From contig NIVC01000036.1 of assembly GCA_002269645.1 (NCBI GenBank), forward strand, positions 248,001 to 312,000: 64,000 nt of DNA, read 5' to 3'. Below are positions 26,571 to 40,485 of the stretch, one piece after another (the first letter of the stretch is position 1; every line of letters starts with the position of its first letter). Below the pieces are notes generated by a model. It was not told where the DNA came from. It was given only the letters and a program-made list of their open reading frames with translations, and ran no database searches. Made by a program: the position numbers and the translations under genes. This stretch comes from Macrostomum lignano (taxonomy: Eukaryota).

Positions 26571-29500
26571 GACAGGCTAAAATAAAAAATGGACAAGTAC
26601 AGCAACATAAAAATTGCTTTTTGTCTGTAATATATGGCGTGCTTCAATCATCGAAATGTACTTTTCATTATTAACTTTTTGTAAGCTCCCAGACAGACAT
26701 TTGATGACTGGAGGTGCATGACAGCAAAAGTATATATATAGTTTTTTATTATATAGTGTAAGCCAAAAAGACGACTAGACGGTAGACACAAAAAAAGAGA
26801 AAGAATATCTTATCACATCGCCAGGACAGACTAATAAACAGCTTTACTAAAATTCTCAAGTATCCATTTAAAGACTTAAATATATCGGACTTCGCGGCAA
26901 AGTTAGTAACCAGCAGTCTAATAAGAGAATGTCCATCTAAAGAAGAATTAAATTTTACGCAATTGAAAATGACCCAAAAGTAAAACACACGATTTATTTC
27001 CTACAAAAATAATATATTGTAGTAGTGCACAGTTGCGTGCTAGGACAAACATCTCGTTTCTAGGAGATATCTTCTTTCGTAGACAAAAATTCAAAACCGA
27101 CAATTCGGATAGAGAAAAACACAGAAACAACTATGAAGCTCCGCTACAAAGAGAAGTAAAATTAAAATGTTTAAAACTAGAACTAGAAAAGTACGTAGCT
27201 TTTTTTAAAATGGAGACCATCAATAGATTTTAATACAAGAACTCGTTTGTTATAACATTACGAAGCTAAAGTACAGCCACTAATTTAAAAAATTGCTTTT
27301 ACTTGATTTCTTTTCTTTTTAAACTCGGCCTAAGCAGTTTTAAACCCAGGCATGTACAGATATGTACAGTCTTAGTTTAGGCTCCCCGCTCCCCCGTCTC
27401 CCCCGCAAATGGGCTGCCCCGTCTGGCAAACTTAATTTTTCTACCCCAACCTCCTGATCCTTATCGCTCGCGCGGCTCTAACCCTTTTACTGTCTATCCC
27501 AGGAGAATGTACATCGGCGTTTATTTTTTAATGTACATTGGTGTTATCTGACCAGTCTGCACCAACCCCACTCCGTCACACTTCTATATTCTGCTTAATT
27601 TATTTTAAACTTGATTAGCTTGTAAAAACTAAAACAAATTGTTTATTAACGAAGTTACTACCAGTCTTTAAAGACAACAAAAATGACCAAGACACATTTG
27701 ATATACAGACAGACAGAAAAAAGAGAGATATTTTTACGTACTTTTGTACACTACTGACTGAAAAATATAGCAGAGCAGACACGGCACGCTGCTAAAAACA
27801 CAAATAAATTCCATAAAATATATCGTTGACGCTACAGAGGCTAAAGTTGTAAGTCGATAATCTGTAATTAAAATGAACGGACAAAATAAATACACAAAAA
27901 AGACGAGATTCTGTAAAAAGAACTGTATAAACTTTCCCTTTCAAATCAAATTAATATTAGCTTAGAATAACAAATCTTCAGTCTCTTCTCGTTAGACACA
28001 GCTGCATGAATCTAGAATTAGAGGGCACAACTACAGAATACAGTGTATACACATGAATAAAACATACTATCGCATATAGAGGTAAAACGTATAACAATAT
28101 CTGATCAGCAATATACGTACACAGAAATCTTTGACAAGAAATTCAACACATCAATTAGAATTTATATTCCTGCGCTTAGTCAATTGTTTTTAAAAATCGT
28201 AGAAACCATTTTCAGAATGACATTGTTGGGACAATAAAACCACAGTGGAATATAGCACACAGACTGAGACAAGTACAAGACAATTTATGGCTCACAGTAA
28301 TAAGTTATGAATGACTTCTTTTTTCGATTTTCCCTGATGGGAAGGTAGCAGGTACGGAGGTGGAGGAGAGAAGGACAAGAGAGCAGAAATACCGACAGCA
28401 AGAAAAATTATTATGCTTTTAATTAACAATGATAAATCAATGTTCAACTTCTGTGAACAATAATAGCCAGCGCTTTCTATAGTGCCTACTATAAGAAAAA
28501 ACAGTAGTATCATCAGGAATTAAGCACTATTAAAATAAGTCGACTGTTTTAATCTTAAAATTTGCCGCCTTGACAAGGACAACGCTCGAGGAGGATAATA
28601 AACAGAGATTAGGGCGCATCGGAAAGAGAGAAAAAATACCAAAATACGGAATAGCGACGATTTGGAACACAGCGACAAAGAAATACCAAATCAGCACAGA
28701 ATACAGATCATTACAAACTACAGATACAATTCAAATGATTAACCGCCAATCGCGCACAGAAAATAGTAATCACTATGCATCTGCCACCAGAAGAAGATAT
28801 CCTAGTTGTAACAGAATCGGAGCATAAAAAATGATTGTATCGCACACGATTGTACAATAATAGATCGAATGAAAGAATTACGAGCTAGAATTAAAGGAAA
28901 TAAGAAATCTTTATCGATGCTTAAATGAGAATTTATTTCAAAAAACATTTTTTTCAAAAATAAACTTTGTGGATTAAAAGGAGCCGATGTACATTGAAGT
29001 AAAGGTTCGTCTGAGCGTGGAGAGGGGTTGACACGAGTTAAGCCTGCGAGGGCATGCATGCGCGTACACCTCATCGCGTGTACACTCAGATTTAACGATT
29101 GTGGGGATGACTTGTCCTTGATAGGGAAACCCCATCTATTTTTAGAAACTTTTATGACCAGCGCATGTACACTCCTGGGTAAGGGAGGAACACAAGTATC
29201 AGGGAATGTACTCTAGAGCTGTGTGTACACAGAATAATCTATTTTTAGAAACGCTTTCCTTAAAGAGCCCCTTATAAACTATGATAATCTACGTAGGACA
29301 AGATAAACAGGGTTTTTCACCCAACACAAGTACTCGCGGACAGGTGAAAGGCGAATATACTAAAGATAAAAGTCAACTTCTTTCCATACTACTTGTCTGG
29401 TCTGGGACACAAGCTGACTACAGAAGGCAAGCTTACTGATTTCGAGAGTATATAAAAGAATACAGGATAGATAGAAAGATAGCCAGACTTGACTTGGCAA

Positions 29501-29833
29501 AATAGAAATCCAAAATTTGGGACATTAAAAATCGCGTTATAGATACAAATATACAGTGCTGGAAAATCGAAAATGTGAAAGAGACAAGATAACAGGACTT
29601 ATAACCCCAAATGTTGCATATTCTATTCTAAATTCTGGACTAAGTCTGATTGAGACTACTTTGATGTAAGCTAAAGTTTAGATTTCAGATTCAAGATTCA
29701 TACTCAAGAGAGATCAGACAAGTCGAGAACAGAGTACACAATGACAAAATAAAACAAAGGAAAAAATCACTAAGACAGTAAACTCCATAAAAAAACTCAT
29801 TTCCAAACTGTTTTTCCATCATCATTGGCTCAT

Positions 29834-32800
29834 TTAACTCAAACTGCCACGACTTGGCCTTCTCGGCTCCGAGCCTCCAGCGCCGCCGCTGCTATCGAAC
29901 GAGCCCTGGTTGCCGTGTCCGGCGCCGCACAGAGTTGTCGTTGTTGCTGTCGAGTTTGTCGATCCGCCGCCGCCGCCGCCAGTGGCGCCGCCAGACGAGG
30001 AGGTGGACGGCACGTCGGCGCCGTACCATTTGTGCGCCTTGGGCTTCATTTTCGATAGGATAGCGTTGCTGGCGTCGTATGCGGCTTGGATCTCGTCTTT
30101 CCACTGGCTGATTAGGACTCGGTCCTGGTGTGGGAGCAAGGGTGGGGTGATTAAGTGCAAGTGTTTTACCCAGATTACCGATAGAGTCTACCCAGTTGAC
30201 TCAGTAGAGTCTACCCAGTTGACTCAGTAGAGTCTACCCAGTTGACTCAGTAGAGTCTACCCAGTTGACTCAGTAGAGTCTACCCAGTTGACTCAGTAGA
30301 GTCTACCCAGTTCCCTCAGTAGAGTCTACCCAGTTCGCTCAGTAGAGTCTACCCAGTTCGCTCAGTAGAGTCTACCCAGTTGACTCAGTAGAGTCTACCC
30401 AGTTCGCTCAGTAGAGTCTACCCAGTTCGCTCAGTAGAGTCTACCCAGTTCGCTCAGTAGAGTCTACCCAGTTGACTCGGTAGAGTCTACCCAGTTGACT
30501 CAGTAGAGTCTACCCAGTTGACTCAGTAGAGTCTACCCAGTTCGCTCAGTAGAGTCTACCCAGTTGACTCGGTAGAGTCTACCCAGTTGACTCAGTAGAG
30601 TCTACCCAGTTGACTCAGTAGAGTCTACCCAGTTCCCTCAGTAGTTTAGACCAGAACCGGTAAGCAGAGGACAGGTCCCCATTTCATCAACACTCACCTG
30701 CGAAGTGATGTACACCTTCTGATCATTCTTCAGGCCGATGGCGATGCAATTCTCGTACTTGTGCACTTTGTGAAACTCGGGCCCGATCTCGCGAATGTCG
30801 AACATGCTGATGAGCTCAGCGCCCTTCTTCTGCAACAGGCCGTCGCGTGATTTGCTGTAGAACTCCAGCCGGTTGGGAAACAGCTTCAGGTGTTTCTTCT
30901 GCCAAGTCTGCAGGAACGGGCCGCCAAGTCGCTGGACTTCGCCTTCAACAATGCAGTCGGAGCCGGCCGTCAAGTCCAGCTGCTGTTCACCGTCGTCGCG
31001 TTTGCCCCGACGCTTCTGCTCGAGCTTGTCTGTCTCGCTGTTGACATATTCGAACACAGTTTCGGCTATTTCCGACTGCCAGCGCTCGGAGACAACCAGA
31101 GAGAAGTTGCGGTACAACTGCTGGTCGGCTTCAGTGAGCTTGATGCCTGCTCGGGATCGAGGATTAGAGACCGGTCATTGAGCATGAGAATTGGTCATAG
31201 GCTTAAAGTCATTAACCAAAGATTGGCAAATTGATCATAGGCTATAGCAATCAGTCATATACTGTGAAGTCGGTCATATACTGTGAAAAATCGGTCATAT
31301 GCTATCAAAATTGGTCCTGTGCTGTAAAAAATCGGTCATAATAGGCTATCATAGGCTCAGTAGAGTATTATGCTATTATGACCGATGTGAAAGTCGGTCA
31401 GAGGCCATTAAAATCGGTCATAGGTAATTCAGTAACCTATGTCATACACAAACATAACGCACCTTTTGTATCCTCCTCGTCGAAGGAGCCAATATCGAAG
31501 GCGTCGTGGGCGTTCACCTCGCCGCGGGGCGGCACCAGCGGGGCCGGGTACTTCTGCAGGTATACCTGGCCCCAGTCGATCCCGGCAAAGAACGGATGCT
31601 CCTTGAGCTCCGAAGCGCCGCGTCCTCGACAACCAATTCGCTGATCAACATCGCGAGCCAGCAGGCCTTCCAGCAGGTTGCGAATCTCCGGCGAAATCGT
31701 GTCGTTAAGATCCGGACTGACAGTCATCGTCATGCGATCGATCTCGTGCTTGTCCTTGGTCTTGTGATGCCTGAACGGGCTGTGACCTTTCAGCAATTTG
31801 TACAGCATGCAGCCGTAGCTGAACCAATCGGCGGAGCTGTCGTAGGCGGTGCCCTTCTGCAGCACCTCCGGCGCCATGTAGCCGTGGGTGCCGACACTGG
31901 CGTGAGGCTTTTTCTTAGAAAAGTCGCAAGCCAAGCCGAGGTCGCTGATGCGAACGTGACCGTGCTCGTCTAGCAGGATGTTCGCCGGCTGTTGGGGCGA
32001 GGGACAGCGACTGAGTTAACTGATTGCACCCACCTCACTCCCTGACTGCACCCACCTCACTCCCTGACTGCGCCCACCTCACTCCCTGATTGCACCCACC
32101 TCACTCTCTGATTGCACCCACCTCACTCCCTGACTGCACCCACCTCACTCCCTGACTGCACCCACCTCACTCCCTGACTGCACCCACCTCACTCCCTGAC
32201 TGCACCCACCTCACTCCCTGACTGCACCCACCTCACTCCCTGACTGCACCCACCTAACTCCCTGACTGCACCCACCTCACTCCCTGACTGCACCCACCTC
32301 ACTCTCTGACTACACCCACCTCACTCCCAGATTGCAACCCACCTCACTCCCTGACTGCACCCACCTCACTCCCTGACTGCACCCACCTCACTCCCTGACT
32401 ACACCCACCTCGCTCCCTGACTGCGCCCATTTTAGTGCCAGTCTGTAGGCTAATAAAAGGACACATTGTTATTTTTACAATCCTTTTTTTGCATTAAGTT
32501 TGCCAGGAATTTTCTTTGAAATAGATAAAATCCACTTATAAGAGTGGTTTACATTTGTTAAATATTTATGTTACTGTGAATAGGTCCGTGCAATAAGCAT
32601 TAAACTACAAAAGTCAACGCCTAAATTTCTAATTATCTTGTAACTAAAAAACCCAGCCAGCCACAAATTAAAAAAAGTAGCTGAGTAGCAATGCCGCAAT
32701 GCGGCATCAAACTGAGACAGAAAATCTAGTTTAAAAAAATCTGTGTTTTTCAAATCTGATTAAAAATATTTTTTTTTGTTATCCAAACTAAATAGCAGAG

Positions 32801-34695
32801 AAAACTATAAATCCTGTTTAATATTTTACCCGAAGTGCTATAAGCAACGAAGGAAAGAGAAGCAGGTAACAAGCAGACGTGTTATAACCGAAAAAAAACC
32901 TTTTTAAAAGACTTTAAAACTATTGCAAATGAAAAATTTGAAACCAGAATCTGTAGAAGGAAGTACTTTTAAAAAGCTTATAAATTTATAACAACTGTAA
33001 TGCTTTAAAAAGTTAAATTATTTCTTATCGGACTAATATATATAAGCCTAAATTATAAATCGAGAAAAAGATTATGAGAAACCTTTCAATTTCGTGCAAA
33101 TTTAGTTGGGCTTCAACTCCAAATCCCGTCAAAAGAATCACTCAACTCGCTGATTCGTTTTAATAAAAGTTCACTGGCACTGGGTAGGGAGTGGGATTGA
33201 ATAATAGTTCAAGTAATAGGCTGTGCGAATGAATGAGTCAGGCACTGGGGTAGAATGGAGGGTGGAGGGGGTAGAAGGGAGAACAGAGGGGGTAGAAGGG
33301 AGGAAAGAGGGGTAGAAGGGAAGACAGATGGGTAGACGGGAGGACAGAGGGGGTAGAAGGGAGGACAGAGGGGGTAGACGGGAGGACAGAGGGGGTAGAA
33401 GGGAGGACAGAGAGGGTAGACGGGAGGACAGAGGGGGTAGAAGGGAGGACAGAGGGGTAGACGGGAGGACAGAGGGGGTAGAAGGGAGGACAGAGGGGGT
33501 AGAAGGGAGGACAGAGGGGGTAGAAGGGAGGACAGAGGGGGTAGAAGGGAGGACAGAGGGGGTAGAAGGGAGGACAGAGGGGGTAGACGGGAGGACAGAG
33601 GGGGTAGAAGGGAGGACAGAGGGGGTAGAAGGGTGGACAGAGGGAGGGTAGAAGGGTGGACAGAGGGAGGGTAGAAGGGAAGACAGAGGGAGGGTAGAAG
33701 GGAGAACATAATGCTTAAATATTAATTGATTGCACCTGCCCAATTGGGCCAGATGTGCAACCGACAGCTCAGCCGCAGCTATTGCGCGGCGCATCTGAAG
33801 GCTGCGTAAGGCTGATCAGTCCAAGGACTGGGGGGTCGCCACACACCCTCAAATACCCCAGCTAATGCTGGCACCCATTTTACAGCTGGGTGAACTGAAG
33901 CAATAATGCAGAGTTAAGTGACTTGATCAAGGATACAAATTGTTCTACAGTGGGATTCGGCAATCGAACCCCCGACCTTCAAGTTTAAATGATATCAAGT
34001 CAAGCCTAGCACTTAAAACCAAAACTATAATACAGTAATCTCAAACGATATCATTTTACAAAAGAAACACTTTTCAGCAGTACTGGCAATGCCACTACTT
34101 GAGTCCTATTCCATGCATTAAATTTAAATTGCCTTACTGAAGTTAAAATTTATCAATAAAGCCATGGCTTCGAGCCTCAGTCACTTGAGGCCGCTTCGCA
34201 GATAAAGAATTGAAGAAATCAGCTCATTTGAAGATCTATCTATATATCCGCCCATCCTTCATTCTGACTAACGGAAGTGAGATTTCTATAAGTCAGCCTA
34301 AACTCCTATGAATTATACAGAGGTCAGATAAGATACTTAGGGGATATTTATTGTGAACTCACTGAATCTGAAACTCTGGGCGCCATCTAATGAATACACT
34401 AAGCAATACTTAATCGATATTTCAGTGTCGTTATTATAGCCCGTTAGATGGCACGAACAGATAACAAAATCAAAGCCATTCAGTACAAAAATTAGAAATT
34501 GAAGAGAGCGAGTTCCATCCCTGAGCGTTTGGCACTGCGTTATTGTGTAAACTTGAAACTAGAATAGAAAAATACAGACTGCCATGATAGATAGCTAGAT
34601 AGATAGATAGATAGATAGCTAGATAGATAGATAGATAGATAGATACATAGATAGATAGATAGATGGATAGATAGATAGATAGATAGATAGATGGC

Positions 34696-34748
<53 letters not shown>

Positions 34749-34751
34749 GGC

Positions 34752-34800
<49 letters not shown>

Positions 34801-34803
34801 GGC

Positions 34804-34846
<43 letters not shown>

Positions 34847-34848
34847 CC

Positions 34849-34885
<37 letters not shown>

Positions 34886-37800
34886 TAGCCAGATAGATAG
34901 CCAGATAGATAAACAGACTCACCTTCAAGTCTCGGTAGACCACGAACCTGGAGTGCATGTGCTCCAGTCCCAGCAGCACCTCGGCAGCATAAAATTTCAC
35001 CTCCTTCTCGGCAAAGACGCCGTGCTGAGACAGGTGGTAGTGCAGATCGCCGCCGTTCATCAAGTCCAAGATGAAGCAGAGCTTCTCATTGGTTTGAAAG
35101 GCGTAGGTCATGCACACAATGAACGGGCAGCCGTCGCCTGTGCTAACCAGAGACAGCATAATTCGCTCATTCAGAGCCAAAGTCTCGCCGCCCTTAAGTT
35201 TGATTCGCTTCTTATCCAGACACTTCATGGCGTACATTTTGCCTGTGTCCGCTTTGCGACAACCGTACACTTCGCCGAAGCCGCCACGACCAATGATGCG
35301 ATGGACGCTGAAGTCGTTGGTAGTCAGCTGGAATGGCATGCAAGAAGCGGTCGATTGCGTCTTAAGAGGCCATTTCTAGAATTTCCAATTAACTCCTTCA
35401 CTTCAGATGTTATTTTTAGAATCTACGAACCCTGTGACGTCAGATGTTATTTTTAGAATCTACGAACAGTCCTATGACGTCAGGTGTTATTTTAAAATCT
35501 ACGAACAACCCCATGATGTCGGGTGTTATTCTTAAAATCTAAGAACAATTCTATGACGTCAGATGTTATTTTTAGATTCTACGAACCCTGTTACGTCAGA
35601 TGTTATTTTTAGAATCTACGAACAGTCCTATGACGTCAGGTGTTATTTTTAGAATCTACGAACAGTCCTATGACGTCAGGTGTTATTTTTAGATTCTACG
35701 AACAACCCCTTGACGTCAGATGTTAGCTCGTATTTTTAGAATGTACTAACAACCCCATAATGTCAGGTGTTATTCTTAGAATCTTGGGATTTTGTAAGAG
35801 GCAAGCAGGCATGACCATTCCGCTGGCCTCTGAGGACGCAACACGCTCACACAGAGTGTGCGACGGGGGTTTGCCATCACGGGCTCTGAAACGCACGAAA
35901 AATCCCCCAAGTCAATTTTCGGAATATAAACACAAATAAACTTACACTGATGTTTAGCTCCAGATTCTTCCACTGGCAGAATCGGGTGAATTTGTCTGAT
36001 CTGACAAACAAGTCGAACGCTTCGCGTTTCAGAATTTCACAAATTTCTTTAGCGTACATGCTGAACGTGTCCTGCGGCAGGGAGCCACTGCGCTGGGAGG
36101 CGGTCAGGCGCTCCTGTACAAACGCTACGGCTGCGGTGCTGAAGCGATGGCTCTGCGCTAACAGCTCCTGATGGTAGGCAAGGATTGAAGGGCAGTGTGC
36201 ACTGTCAGCTTATCAGCGGCTGGAACCCAGTTTAATAAGGGCTGGACCCTTCTATTGTCTCAGTTTATTAAAGTCTGGAACCCTTCTATTTCCTCAGTAT
36301 ATTAAGGGCTGGACCCTTCTATTGCTTCAGTTTATTAAAAGGGCTGGACCTCTTCTATTGCATCAGTTTATTAAGGGCTGGACCCCTTCTATTGCCTCAG
36401 TTTTTTAACACTACTCTACATTTCGTCAACTTTCCAAATTCCTCACCTGCATGATGAAGCTATCATAGATATTCCTGCCCAGCTTCATTCTCATCTCTTC
36501 GCAGTCGAGCTCCTCAAATTTTTTAATCTCCTCATAGAATGCCAGCACCTGGGCGCAGTCCTCCAATTGCTGCTCAACAAACTCTTTTAATAGAAGAAAG
36601 CCAAGACGTTGGTTGAAGATCTTCTCGAATGTCACTTCGCCATTCTTGGTCAGGTGTTTGAGCATTACACTGCGAACACTGTGAGGTGATATTTGGTGAA
36701 TTTGATAATCATAAGAAAGTCTATAATGAATTAATTGCATAATTTAATGAAGTATTTAGACTAATAAATATCAAACATAAAGCTTAAATAAATTGGTTAA
36801 TCATACCTATAAAATCTCTGAAATTACATTGGCTATTTGACTTATATAAATGTCAAATTAGCTTTGCGGCCTAAATAAACACATTCAAATAAAAAATACT
36901 GTTTTATTATAATAATATACTATGATTCATTACACTTGCCTCAATGGGCAGACTTCTTTAAGTTTAGGTTGATAAATAATTTAGTTTACAGTTCTGACAA
37001 TAATTTTGTTGTTAAAAATGTATGTTTTTAGATATGTTATTCATAGAACTGATTTGTATCAAATTCTTATTGGTAACATAGGGGATTACCAAATAAAAGT
37101 TGCCCACAGCAACAAAAAATTTTGCATTTTAATGTTCCTTTTTTGTCATTTTTAATCAACTAACCAATACGTAATTTTGCATTAAAATTGCAACACATTT
37201 TTGCATTTAAGAAAAAATTGTAAATTATTTTGTGACTGCTTGCATAAAACTGCAATGTGAATGCATATAGAAGATGCAATGCAAAGCACTATTGTACCAA
37301 TAAAGGTATTGACTTTATTTGATTGAATGTGGAAATATAGATATTAATATTTAAATATTAAATGTTTAAATTTAGAAATCATTCCAATTAAAAAAATATA
37401 AATCTGTTTAGCAAAAGATAAAGCCTAAAAATTCATTGGTAATAGCAATCTGAAAGAAGAAACAATCTAATCTTATTAATACTAAATTTTGTTTAAGATT
37501 GTTCAACTACATGTGATTTAATGGAATTTTATACCAAAAATTTGCAATTTTCTACTTTCAATATGCTAGATACAAAAACTCTTTGCTAGTCAACTGAAAC
37601 TTGAAAAAGTCCTAATGGCCAAATATGCAATGAACAACTCAGTTGCTATTATTGCCTAGGATATCTAAAGCTACATATATATATTTACTTTAATCATTAA
37701 ATGGTCAGTATATATACTTTCAATTATCTAAGCTAATGTTAGTAATACCCAACCTGTCCCATTTTACAATAGGTGTAATGCTACTTCTATAACTACAAAT

Positions 37801-39212
37801 TATAAAAATATATTAGCTTCAAGTTTTTTTCAAAGATTTCTATGCTATTATCTGAGTTAGAATTTTAAGGATCCGGGTAAACTTGTCAACTTTTTATTCG
37901 TCAACCATGTTGACGAGTTTACCACGGTTTCCATTGCGTAACTGATATGCAATATAACGAAGTGTATATAAGTAAGAGATGCAAATAAAAGTGAATGTAA
38001 TAAGGTTTTTTATATGTATATAAAATTAATTAAGTAATATTTTTAGTTCAATTACATTTATTAAAACTGGATTGGGATCCCGAATGTCAAATTATTGGTC
38101 CTTTAGCTAGTTGTTAAAATTAAAGATTCTTGGTATATGTATTACTGTTTTTTAATTTTATCGTATCTTATATTTGATCATGAAGACTGCTGGGTGCTGC
38201 AGTGTGTTCATGCTTTCTTTTGTCCAGTTAAATCTAGCAAAAAGACATTCTAGCAATAGACAATCTGCTGATCTAGTGACAGTAAAGAAAGACAAGATTG
38301 TCACAAAAATTGTCACGATTGACAATTGTCATATCCTGTGCTTAAAAATAGGCATTACAATGACATAGCTTGGCTCATTGGTTTTATGAATCTATTTTAT
38401 CTATGCACTGAAACAGCTACATATACATATACTGCATACAGGCCTACTACTATATGCTGAGAAATTTTACCAGTTGATAAATTTACTAGTAAGTTGACAA
38501 ATTATCATATGGCTAGGCCAGTTGACGAAAAAAAGTTGACAAGCTTACCAACACCAAATTTTAAACCATTACATAGCATTATAAAATGATAAAACAATTA
38601 AAATATAAAAATAAAAAATAATAAAGTATATATAATTAAATAATACATAAAAGCCCAATATGGCAAAACTAATACAAACTATTAAAATAATAATATATGA
38701 AAGAACATTTTAATAATTCCAAATGAATACTAAAATAGGGCTAAATACAAAATTTTGTAACTTTGAAAAAAATAATCAAATAAAACAGTAAGTTAAACAG
38801 TTTATTACTAAACATTTATAAAAAAAAGCATTTGTTAAAAAAACAAAACGAATTCACTTTAATTTTTGAGAATTTTGCAATTAAAATAAATGGGTAGCTA
38901 AATTTAAATTACATTTCTCAACACAAGTTACAAAGTGGTAACTTTAACTATAAACTTGAACTAATGAACTATAACTATAAACTTCAAAATTTTTGTAATT
39001 TTTATTTTATAGAAAAATATTCTATAAAATGTTTGTATTATTGCTTGAATTTTTAAGCCAATTATTATGAAATATTATAGCAACATGTAATAAACATACC
39101 TTGGATCTGGGAGGGTGATTTTTTTGCTTGCTCTTGCTGCAGGGGTTGATTTTGACTTTTCCATAGCCATCAAATAGCTGACATCAGCTAGAACAGCTTC
39201 TAGGTCAGCCAT
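29834..39212 (-). CDS. GRK2: G protein-coupled receptor kinase 2 (beta-adrenergic receptor kinase; RH, kinase and PH domains), 745 aa. Exons 39100-39212, 36447-36678, 35946-36167, 34923-35327, 31463-31988, 30698-31146, 29834-30124
   Basis: N-terminus [31 protein letters not shown]; kinase motifs [37 protein letters not shown]; PH region LKLFPNRLE. All six introns are GT-AG with matching phases and the CDS is 2238 nt. Confidence 0.98.
30175..30640 (+). repeat. 23-bp minisatellite (CCAGTTGACTCAGTAGAGTCTAC)n in the last GRK2 intron
   Basis: Period 23 read directly. Confidence 0.95.
32020..32430 (+). repeat. 22-bp minisatellite (CACTCCCTGACTGCACCCACCT)n in a GRK2 intron
   Basis: Direct tandem repeat. 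Confidence 0.95.
33250..33700 (+). repeat. 21-bp purine-rich minisatellite (GGGGGTAGAAGGGAGGACAGA)n
   Basis: Direct tandem repeat. Confidence 0.93.
33740..33990 (-). mobile_element. Second copy of the tRNA-derived CORE-type SINE
   Basis: Reverse complement matches 25000-25255 along its length (B box, CORE, GGCGACCCCCCAGTCCTTGGACTG, GCTGTCGGTTGCACATCTGGCCC), with indels in the 3' tail. Confidence 0.85.
34585..34915 (+). repeat. (GATA)n microsatellite
   Basis: Direct. Confidence 0.97.
35395..35780 (+). repeat. ~40-bp degenerate minisatellite (GACGTCAGATGTTATTTTTAGAATCTACGAACAGTCCTAT)n
   Basis: Direct tandem repeat in a GRK2 intron. Confidence 0.88.
36225..36410 (+). repeat. ~34-bp degenerate minisatellite (TTAATAAGGGCTGGACCCTTCTATTGTCTCAGT)n
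   Basis: About 5 copies in GRK2 intron 2. Confidence 0.85.
37869..38555. mobile_element. ~690-bp MULE/Mutator-like non-autonomous element in GRK2 intron 1
   Basis: Inverted ends GGTAAACTTGTCAACTTTTTATTCGTCAAC (37876) and GTTGACGAAAAAAAGTTGACAAGCTTACC (38521-38549), GG...CC termini, and a near 9-bp TSD GAATTTTAA/AAATTTTAA. Confidence 0.6.
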
Positions 39213-40485
39213 GATTTAATATGGAGACCTTACAAGGCTTGTTTAGAGAAAGAACTGTTTGGTGATAAAGCCCGGGCAGTAAAATAAAGAGTAGGTTTTC
39301 GATGCAGTATGTCTGTAATGTCCAAGTTATTTAATTAAACTTTGTTCTGTAAGGCATTATTCAATGAAAAGTGTAGATTCAAAAATGAACGAAGCATATT
39401 TAAATACGGGCAGAATATATTACATTGATGACTCTACCTTATAGCTTTTGCGATTTTCTTAATCGATTGTATACAATAAAAAAATCTTATTAGAGCATTA
39501 AGCAGCAAAAACAATTCGCCTTTAATGCGTAGTTGAGCTGCTGTTTTTAAACTCTGCAAACAACAAAAAGTTCAACTCATATAACAAACATTTTGCTCTC
39601 AATATTTTTATCACTCGTTAAGCAATACTTTTAAACGAAGCAGGAAATCATAAAGAGATTATTATTTTCAAAATAGTTTACTAATAATTATGTATATATT
39701 GCGAGATACGTTAATAAAAATATTACACAATGGTTCCGTGAGTTTCAATTCACATAGAAATTTTGCGTTATGCGTTCTGTTTACATTGTATTTGGATATT
39801 TTGAGTGATTTAATCGAGGTTTTCCGAGGAAGAGGCATTGATACCAATAAAAATCGAATGTATATATGGTTGTCCGGAAAAACGAAAAAAATGTTTACGT
39901 TGAAAATCGCTATTCTGTAAAAATCGCTGAATCTGTGACTGTTCCATAACTTTTTCAATGTTAAAACTACAAAAATTAAAGTTACTGAAGTATACTGCCT
40001 ATTGAAATTTCCTATAATAGTAATGTAAGGGCTTACTTAATTGCACGTAGAAAGTAACGGATGCGTTAACATGTATTACACATGCTGGGTTTGATAAATA
40101 CAATATGTGGCCCCGTCATGCCGAGGATATAAATTTCTAATGTAAAGAAACAGTGATAAATATGCAATTAACAAAATAATTTGGCCTTATGAAGGGTTAA
40201 TTAAATTCCCATTTGGAAGTCCTAGCACCACGTTACGCCAAATGGGATCAATGCATTTTATAAAGAAAGAAAACCCCTGCAGTCTTATGCAAGACAACAA
40301 AAAACTAAAACGTGGAAAATTCATGACTTAGTTTAGTTGTACCTACATGCTATGAGGCATGCTTGCCTGCGCCATTGTAATTTGCTACATAACTGCTCCT
40401 AGTGATAGAGGTTGGGGGGGGCAGAGTGTGAGGCGAGAAATTGTTAAAGCTACACGCCAATGATAGTGTCCGCAGTCAGTAGCAA

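Noticed and set aside
30847-36171. Plus-strand ORFs overlapping GRK2 exons (and similar antisense ORFs over MCT, Dmrt93B and the polyQ exons)
   Set aside because: Antisense shadows of GC-rich coding sequence
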